DNA of 64,000 nucleotides. Source: Octopus vulgaris. Its lineage: Eukaryota. How positions within the stretch are numbered: the stretch's first letter is position 1; each line of letters starts with the position of its first letter. The stretch covers positions 71,920,001-71,984,000 of the forward strand of contig OX597824.1 in assembly GCA_951406725.2 (NCBI GenBank). Reading direction: 5' to 3'. Under the pieces are notes generated by a model. It ran no database searches, was not told the origin of the DNA, and saw only the letters and a program-made list of their open reading frames with translations. Of this stretch, positions 55,336 to 64,000 are shown one piece after another. The translations under genes were made by a program, and so were the position numbers.

Positions 55336-56101
55336 TGTAACGGAAGAAATTGATTGGTTAACAAAAATATGATGATGTCGAAGTCAGCAGTTGCAACGAT
55401 TAAAAATTTGTTGTTATAACGGCATACTGTAGGATGTGCAAGATGAACAATGTATGAAGTTTTAAGAAAGTATTTATTTACCGTTACGTTACAATACCTT
55501 GCCTCGACGAGCAGGTTATGATAAATCCAAAAGCATGCGAAGTAAAGTTTGTGTTTGGGTTCTCTTCATTGTTTAGTAGTAATTGCGGAGACAGATAGAA
55601 TGATGTTATAAGAGAATAGAATTAGAGCTAGTGAGAGTTGTAGGGTGTGGGACATTGTCTCCCAGTTGCTGACAGTAAACTTCATTTCCTTCACTGACCA
55701 TTGTCTTTAGTAGCTGCATTCTTTGTGATCATGATTCTAGCAGTTCGTTCCCTAACTAATTGAGTCATCACGATGTGACTGAACTCGTTGAGTCGTCACC
55801 GACTATGACTAACTGGCTTTTGCTTGGGGTGTGCTAGCTTATATAACTATCCAGGATAGATATATGATTGATAACAATAGATTTAGTTGGAGGTCTTGTT
55901 ATCTCTATTCTAGCTTTTGGTGAAGTAGAAAGTGTCAAGTGGTGAAGATATTATTTCAGCCTAACTAAAGACATCTGGAAAATGTAAAACTGCTGTCAGA
56001 GAAAAAATATTGTTCCATCGTGGGAAAAGTTCTGTTGCAGCGTTAATTTAAATTTGGCTGTGGTGGATCGAATCCACTTCATGCATACAAAATCCACTTC
56101 A
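55336..56101 (+). mobile_element. Solo LTR copy 2, 4-bp TSD CTCT
   Basis: CTCT|TGTAACG...AATCCACTTCA|CTCT; homologous to 14278-15052. Confidence 0.87.
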
Positions 56102-56363
56102 CTCTCTTTGCAAGAAAAAGACTTTTATCCGTTATTAAAGCAACATTAAATTAAAACAGTTGTCTTTGCATCATACATATTGTATATACACCATTGTATC
56201 TTGTCTGTTAACGGTGTATATACGCTAGGTATGATACATAGATTCATTTTTACCGTTTACTTGTTTCAATTATTGGACTGCAGCCATGCTGAGGTATCGC
56301 ATCCAAGGAATTATTAGTCGAGCAAATCGATCCCAGTACTCATTTTTAAAGTTTGGTGCATAA

Positions 56364-56570
56364 TCTTTTCTACTCTAGGTACAAGACCCGAAATTTTGGG
56401 GTAGGAGGCACGGCGATTAGATCGACCCTAGTATGCAACTGGTACTTAATTTATCGACTCCAAAAGGATAAGTCGACCTCGGCGGAATTTGAACTCAGAA
56501 CGTAACGGCAGACGAAATACTGCTACGCATTTCGCCCGGCGTGCTAACGTTTCTGCTAGCTCGCCGCCTT
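56364..56570 (-). mobile_element. SINE family B nested in a family C remnant
   Basis: Full head rc GGCGGCGAGCTAGCAGAAACGTTAGCACGCCGGGCG. Flanks TTTGGTGCATA and TCTGGCGCATA resemble a diverged TSD. Confidence 0.8.
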
Positions 56571-56825
56571 AGTCTGGCGCATATTATTTAGCGTTTTGTT
56601 CGATCAACTGAACTGCTCACTCATAGAATTATGTATAAATGAGTGATTGTCCCACAGAAGCATGTACCTTTATTGTAATCCTCAAGCAGGGTCAACATTA
56701 CACGCTGTGTAACAAAGCTGGACTTTTGGATTATAGGTTCCACCCGTCAATGGCGAAGCTAGAGTGTGTGCTGGCCGGGACAGCTCTCGTGTTTGCCGCC
56801 CCCTATACTCGCTGATACACACGCG

Positions 56826-56869
<44 letters not shown>

Positions 56870-56913
56870 TGTGTATGTAACGTATATGCAGACAATTACG
56901 CACACACACACAT

Positions 56914-56961
<48 letters not shown>

Positions 56962-57139
56962 TTTCTGTCTACCAAACCCACTCACAAGACTTTCATCAGT
57001 CCGGGACTATAGCAGAAATCACTTGGCCAAGGTGCACTATGGAACTGAACCCGAAACCATATGGCTACAAAGCGAGTTCCTTAACCACACAACCACGTAT
57101 AGTTATATGTAAAAGTTAATATATTATATACAGTGATGT

Positions 57140-57480
57140 ACATAAAATATCTTAATTACCGAAAGACATAATATCAAAAGAGGCAGTATTGATCAGCAAA
57201 AATCAAAAGAACGAAGATTAATGAACAGGGGATTAACAATGAAAGGAGTTGAGGAAATTAAGCTTCAAGCGAGCCAAGAGGAGAGATTTTATGTTGTCGA
57301 TCGTCCAACAAGAGAGTGTAATGAAAGTCTCTTAAATCGCGCTCTATCGTATTAAAATAAGACACAAAGAAAAATATAATCCTAGATATACCAAAGGACA
57401 GAATGGCTGAGGCTGGTATACATGTGACCTTAGGTTTCTTTAATCATGGTTGACCTTCAGTTGAACAACATCAGTCAATC
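57140..57480 (+). mobile_element. Possible PLE GIY-YIG C-terminal end and terminal repeat
   Basis: KEAVLISK...LMNRG resembles the 'KEAxxI...xNR' GIY-YIG tail; heavily degraded. Confidence 0.35.
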
Positions 57481-57481
57481 A

Positions 57482-57635
57482 ATACTTAAAGTTAGACGGA
57501 CTTTGATAAGAGTTAAATGTTTTGTCTTAAGATAGACAACAACTACAACAGAAAATGATACTTAAAGTTAGACGGACTTTGATAAGAGTTAAATGTTTTG
57601 TCTTAAGATAGACAACAACTACAACAGAAAATGAT
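57482..57635. repeat. Perfect 76-bp tandem duplication
   Basis: ATACTTAAAGTTAGACGGACTTTG...CAACAGAAAATG at 57482 and again at 57558. Confidence 0.92.
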
Positions 57636-57767
57636 TAGCATCTCTGTTTTATGCACATGCATGATTCTGCGTGTGTGCGTACGTGCGTCTGTGCGTGCAC
57701 ATATATACTTATACACACACACACACACACACACTCATATATGTAGGCATATGTGTGTATGAGTATA

Positions 57768-57801
<34 letters not shown>

Positions 57802-58594
57802 AGGAAAGTTTATGAAAAAAAAAAAAAAGACGAAGGCAGGTGGTGTACATCGTTTGTCTGGTTTTGGCATCGAGAACGGGTTAAAGGCCACTAGATCCCG
57901 TCGGATTGACTCCAAAATTTACAGGGACATGTAAAATGAGGTGAGGATGCGAGTGGGCTAGGTTAGAAATCCCCATTTTAAAAGGTGTCTTTTACTAGGG
58001 CCAAAAACGCACTTTGACAAGTCTACTCTCATTCTTTTATGTATCTGTCTTCCTCCATCACTCACTCTCTTTCCTCCCTTCCCATCACATTCTATCTATA
58101 ACGTCATTTCACAGCGTCTACCTCCCTTCACTTTCTCTTTATAACGTCGTTTCACAGCGTTCTATATCTCCCCCCTCCCCGCCTTCGACAGCGCTTTCAC
58201 ACACTCTCTCTCTCTACGTCTGTCTGCATTCATAGAGAGAATTATCATCGCCATATTCATGAGAACAAATATTATGAATCAGATATTTATTGGGTTAATT
58301 TATATATATGTGTGTGTGTGTGTGTGTTCTATATATAAATATGTATATATAATGTATATATACAAAGTGTATATATCTGTATTTATGTATATTAAACTTT
58401 TTAATACTTTTTGATAGTTATATATATTTAAAAAAATCATAAATATAAATTAATAATTTTAATTTTAAATTTAAATAATTTAAATTTTTCAATTTTATAT
58501 TTTATATATTTTGTATATCATATTTTTATTTTTATGTTTTGGTTTATGTTTTTCACTGTTTGATTTGCCTATTAGTGGTTTTATCTCTAATTTA

Positions 58595-58648
<54 letters not shown>

Positions 58649-58702
58649 TTGTATATATAATGCGTGCACACACACACAGACACACACACAGACACACACA
58701 CA

Positions 58703-58767
<65 letters not shown>

Positions 58768-59216
58768 GTGTGCATTATGTGGTCGGTTGAGATGAAAATA
58801 TGCGCACCTATGTTAAAAGTGCTGGCGAGTTTGCATGACAACTATTGTTTTCCTCAAATGAAAGGCGTGACCACTAGGACAAAATTCCTCATCTTATAAA
58901 ATGTGGCCCCAGTAGACCCGAATGAAATCGGGTTATATTAACCAAAATGTGAAAAGGGGTCTAAATGGGGCTGGAAGGGGATTAAAATTTACAGGAGCGG
59001 GTGTTTAGGAATTCTCTGTTACATCAAGCTAAAAATTTTGCACCAGCCTTTTAATCATCAATATGTTGCCGTTCATGATGAAGAAGTTTTGAATGCTTGC
59101 CATGGTGAGTCTACTGTCGTGAGAAAGAATCACTTCAAAACTTGGTGTTTAGGAATTTTCTTTTACATCAAGTTCAAAATTTTGCGTAAGTACATTTCTG
59201 TACTTACGGTTACTAT

Positions 59217-59327
59217 TTTAGGGTTAGGATTAGGGTTAGGGTTTTAAGGTTAGGGTTTTAGGGTTAAGGTTAGGGTTAGGGTTTTAGCGTTAGGGTTAGG
59301 GGTTGGGTTTTAGGGTTTTAGGGTTAG
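59217..59327 (+). repeat. Degenerate interstitial telomere-like (TTAGGG/TTTTAGGG) array
   Basis: Directly visible; ~15 variant units. Confidence 0.9.
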
Positions 59328-59525
59328 TGTTGGGTAAAAAAGTCAAAATTTAAGAAGTTGGGTGGGGGGGGGGGGAAGGGGAAAATTTTCACAATGCCGA
59401 TTTTTGGCAATTTTCCGGAAATTCCGTATCCGAAAACGGGGATTTTTGGAAAAAAAATTACAAAAAGAAACAAATTTGGGAGAAAATGGGGTGGAGGATG
59501 GGCGGAAGTCTTTCCCATGTATCTT

Positions 59526-59611
59526 CAGCCTGATGAGTAGCTAGCGGAATTACCCTCGTTGAGTAATTATTACATCAGAGGTTCTGCTAGCTAGGAAACA
59601 TATGTTGCCTG
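59526..59611 (+). ncRNA. Type I hammerhead ribozyme-like motif with extended stem II
   Basis: CAGC-CTGATGAG-TAGCTAGCGGAAT...GTTCTGCTAGCTA-G-GAAAC-ATAT-GTT-GCCTG: 13-bp stem II and palindromic loop III. Confidence 0.65.
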
Positions 59612-59867
59612 GATTTTGCCCACTCCACTCCCTCAATTTGGATCTTTATTCGCATTCACAGCGACTCTAGTTGCTAACCGTGAGTTATACAACATTTTTT
59701 CAGCTTATCGAACTTCGATATGGGAAAAGCCTACAACCTTCGACTCCAACAAATTAATATCGTTCCTGTACTTTATTTTTTATATACCTATCACAGACTG
59801 CTCGAGGCTTGCAAACCTCCTACACTTAGACCCTTGGATCCTACAATTATATATGTACACATATAAA

Positions 59868-60670
59868 TATATATATATAAACGACAGTTTGTCTTCTGTG
59901 TGTCTGTGTGTCTGTCAGGTTGTACCCTCACCCTGACCACGGCTTTCAACCGATTCTGATGAAACTTAACACACACATAGCCCAATGTCATAATTCAAAA
60001 CTAACGCAGCGAAAATTTTGAAAAGTTCCCCCAGTTCTGAAAAAAAAAGATAAATTCGACATGGGTCGAGAATCTAAGCTTTTTATATGCAACACATTTT
60101 CTACAGACTGTCTAGGGGACGCAACTCGACCTTTTTAACTCTCGGAACACGTGGGGTAAGTATCCCAAAATGTATAAAAATGTACAAAAACGGCAAAAAA
60201 GCGGGCAGCAATGTGAGTGACAACAACGAAAAAGTCAAAAGTGACCAAACTGAACAAACGAATGGAAAAGGTTTTTTGGTGCACACGACAAAAGCGGTTT
60301 ATAATAAACCAAGAGTTTGCAAGAAGCGTCCGAAGACCCTTAGGGTACGTCAAAAATTTAAGGTAAAACGTTTGGGGTGGTAGTTATAAAGAAAGTATAA
60401 ACAAAAAAAGTATTCGAATAACTTGCGGCTGCAGCAGCTATTAGCAGAAGTGGCGGTGTTGGGGGTAAAGTCTCGAATGTAATTTCTTCCTGGTAGGAAT
60501 TGGTTGGGTTGAATTATCGATAGCTGTTTGATAGTTATTTGGGAGTGAAGAGAAGACATTGCAACCTACACATGCGCCTTCGTTCCCTAGAGGGAAAGGA
60601 CTAGATTGGGATTAGTCGTTGCCTACTAGGGGCTTTTACATACACGGGCAACGCCGGGCTATGCTGCTAG
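59868..60670 (+). mobile_element. Non-autonomous Helitron (~800 bp)
   Basis: TATATATATAAA start, GTGTGTCTG repeats, CCGATTCTGATGAAACTT block and 3' GC-rich hairpin ACGGGCAACGCCGGG followed by CTAG|T. Confidence 0.8.
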
Positions 60671-61680
60671 TATATACATACAGACTAAATCTATATACAT
60701 AGATATATACATAATACACATCACACCCCCACCTCACCCACACAGCCGTTCAAGAATTTGGACCTGGAGATTTCCATTTCCAGCGACTTCGAGGGCCACC
60801 TCCCAGTGGTGTCGTGCGTCAACGAAGAGCCCTCGACTACAACAAGACGACCAAAGTTTTTTTTCCAAGGTCTGGGGTCTCCCGCCCCTAAGCCCTAGAC
60901 CATCACCTAATCACCCTTACCCGTCTTGTTGCTTAACAACAACAACAAGAACAACAATAACCCACCCACACCTATATATCATGTGCAACGAAAAACTCCT
61001 CTCAGATTCACATTATTGGCCGTGTAAAATATGCGTTTTTCTGCCGCACCCTGTATACACATGCAATACATGCCTATCAGATGTATTGTGTAAGAAACGT
61101 TATGAAGGCTCCTCTTGTTTAAACAATTTGATAGAGATAGAGAGTGTGTATGGGTGTGGAAAAGAGGGAGGGGAATGAAAAGGAAAGAAAGAAAGAAAGA
61201 CTTGTAAAAGGCATACAGACAAAAGCGCAAAATGTAATTAAACACGCAGCGGTCAGAGGTGACGCTGATATGAACAGAGAGAAAAAGACTGAGAAAACGG
61301 TGGGAAGCGTAGATAGACAGAACGTGAGGAGGAATGAGATGACACTTGCTTCGATATGTATGTATGTGTGTGTGAGTATTTGTGTGTGTGTGTGTGAGTA
61401 TGTAAAGCTATATCAATGAATAAATAGATTCAAAACTATATCGCTAGATCAATGGCCATATATAAATATAGTTTGCAGATAGGAAGATAAGTTGGAAAGG
61501 AGAACGTAACTAAGAGGTAACCGAATATCTAGGACGGTAGATAGTGACAAATAGTGAGCAATACTCACAGAAATATATATACAAATAAGGTATAGAGGCC
61601 GTTAGCAAGTAGATGTTTTTCTTTTTCATTTTTACACTAAAATCAATAGTGAGATGGTTTGGTAAGATAGGTAAAAGGAT

Positions 61681-61852
61681 AGGCGCAGAGGTGGTTGTAT
61701 GGTAAGAAGCTTGCTTCCCAACCACTGGTCCACTGGTTCAGCCCCACTACGGAGCACCTTGTGCAAGTGTCTTCTACAATAACCTCGAACCGATCAAAGC
61801 CTTGTGAGTGGATCTGGTAGACGGAAACTGAAAGAAGTCCGTCGTATATATA
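61681..61852 (+). mobile_element. SINE family C 5' half, interrupted by the solo LTR at its internal (TA)n
   Basis: AGGCGCAGAGGTGGTTGTATGGTAAG...GAAACTGAAAGAAGTCCGTCG(TA)n. Confidence 0.8.
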
Positions 61853-62579
61853 TGCAGTGAATCTTGCAAGCATGAAGTGGATTCGATCCACCATAGCCAA
61901 ATTTAAATTAACACTGCAACAGAACCGTTCCCATGGTGGAACAATGGTTTTTCTCTGACAGCAGTTTTACATTTTCCAGATGCCTTTAGCTAGGCCGAAA
62001 TAATGTCTTCACCACTTGACCCTTTATAACCTCTTCTACTTCACCAAAAGCTAGAATAGAGATAACAAGATCACCAACTAAATCTATTGCTTTCAATGAT
62101 ATATCTATTCTTCTGGATCTTTATATAAGCAAGCACACCCCAAGCAAAACTCAACGGAGTTAGTCACGGTCGGTGACGACTCAATGAGAATGAATTCTGT
62201 CTGGCCAGCTAGAACCTTGGTCAGAGGGAGAAATGAAGTTTACTGTCAGCAGATAGAGACAACACCCTACAATTCTCTCAAGCTCTAATTCTGTTCTCTT
62301 ACAACATCATTCTATCTGTCTCCGCAGTTACTACTAAACAATGAAGAGGACACAAACACAAACTTTACTTCGCATGCTTTTGGATTTATCATAACCTGTC
62401 CGTCGAGGCAAAGCAATTGTAACGTAACAGTAAATAAATACTTACTTAAAACTTACATTGTTCCATCTTTCACATCTTACATCATGCAATTATAATAACA
62501 AACTCTTATCGTCACAAGTGCTGATTCCCACAAATCATCATAACATTGTATACCCAACCAATAAATAATTATCGTTACA
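61853..62579 (-). mobile_element. Solo LTR copy 3
   Basis: rc TGTAACGATAA...GATTCACTGCA, homologous to copies 1 and 2. Flanks are microsatellite (TATA/CACA), so the TSD is unresolved. Confidence 0.85.
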
Positions 62580-63028
62580 CACACACACATATATAATCCC
62601 CTGCGTATTATACTCAAAGGCGGTCTATACTCGAGGATTTACGGTAAGCAAAATCGAACACACATACACAAGGTGTGTGCGTTGTTAGATCGGGGGTCGG
62701 TTGTGTTTTTAGGCGTAAGAGAATATATTCTCAATGCGCCTGGCTTTAAAACACCTGAAAGTAAGTCATAGGCTAGCGAGATAACTCACATCAGGTCCCT
62801 TCTCGGAGCCACAAACATCTATGTTTCATCATAGTTGTGACTTTTCAGTGCCACGTACCGAACAAGCTCTGCTGCAAGCGATATCACCAAATATGACTAT
62901 ACGCTAAATAGTTTGAAGACCATCTTCTGGCATGTCCCAACGTTTCATGCCACGGAAAACATTCAAATATGAATTAGAAACACCTCGAACTAACTGCACA
63001 GACACCTTTTGTTTGTGTGTTCGATTTT

Positions 63029-63109
<81 letters not shown>

Positions 63110-63111
63110 AA

Positions 63112-63340
63112 TCTTATATATAAATGGCAATTTTTACCTGTGTGTCTGTTACCAGACTATATCAACAAACTAATCGTCATGAAACTTTGCATACATGTTA
63201 AACTAACATCCAGTTCAATTGTAGGCTAATTGGATTTCAATAAAAATTGATAATGGGCCCTAAAAATCGATAATGGGCTCCCCTACGGGAGTTGGGCTAT
63301 TATATGATAAAATGAGAAGGATGCAAAAAGTGTCAGGTTG
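63112..63340 (+). mobile_element. Helitron-like 5' fragment
   Basis: A|TCTTATATATAAA start, GTGTGTCTG and CATGAAACTTTGCATACA block similar to the 59868 element; no 3' end found. Confidence 0.5.
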
Positions 63341-63418
63341 ATGGAAATGTGGTGGCATAATGAGGGTGGCTGATATCAGAGAAAGGGAGGAGACAGGAAG
63401 AGACAGAGAGACAGGAAA

Positions 63419-63496
<78 letters not shown>

Positions 63497-64000
63497 AGGC
63501 ATGCACAGAGCGGGAGAGATATAATGTGTTTGCTGAAGGGAACAAGGAATTTAAAAACCTTTGTTCTTTAATTTTTACAGATGTTAAATTAACAACTGAA
63601 AGGTAGTAGTGTTTTTATATTTGTTTTCAAATCACTGTGTTAAGATTTGTTAAAACTTTACCAACGTACTGAAACAATAACACTATAGATAATGACTTTC
63701 GTTGTCTTCCATAGCCCATTATTGTCGGGCAGTTTCTACAATAGAATGTCTTATATAATTTTTTGTTTATTCTATATCAGCCCATGCCTTCCCCGACAGA
63801 TAGGCCTCTTGATCAAGACAAATTTATGCAATTTTTGGCAAAAGAATTCCATGACGATCATTTTCCTTTTTAAATTATTTACATGTTTGTTCAACCGTTT
63901 CACATGACTTTATTCATTAAAACTTAGGTCGTCGTAATGCTCTGCTATCGTTTGCTTTAAAAAGAATCCTCCTTGTAATGATTTTGCTTTCATTGTGTGA

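Noticed and set aside
59217-59327. True telomere or chromosome-fusion scar
   Set aside because: The array is short, degenerate, in a single orientation and embedded in repeat-like sequence, with no head-to-head arrays.
59955-59970. CTGATGAAAC as a hammerhead core
   Set aside because: There is no stem II between the boxes. It is part of the Helitron CCGATT..TGAAACTT block also seen near 63178.

Overview
This is AT-rich, microsatellite-dense eukaryotic DNA. The SINE repertoire and repeat style suggest a coleoid cephalopod such as Octopus (inference). I found no supportable host protein-coding exon, rRNA, true tRNA gene or CRISPR array, and almost all ORF-track entries are translated microsatellites, so the window looks intronic or intergenic. 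It contains: a complete but inactivated Tc1 (DD34E) transposon with 44-bp TIRs and TA TSD; a frameshifted hAT (Buster/Charlie-type) transposase with its right TIR; three solo LTRs of one family, two with perfect 4-bp TSDs; three R4/Dong-like fragments; RTE and CR1/L2-like 3' ends; several Penelope-like element (PLE) fragments; non-autonomous Helitrons; hAT, Tc1 and pogo MITEs; and four SINE-like families. The signals most worth following up are (1) a dispersed set of hammerhead-ribozyme (HHR) motifs in short non-coding elements between microsatellites, showing stem covariation, (2) SINE concatemers with one identical junction at three loci, and (3) GG-terminated elements carrying TTAGGG arrays. 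All calls were read by eye, and boundaries of degraded repeats are approximate.
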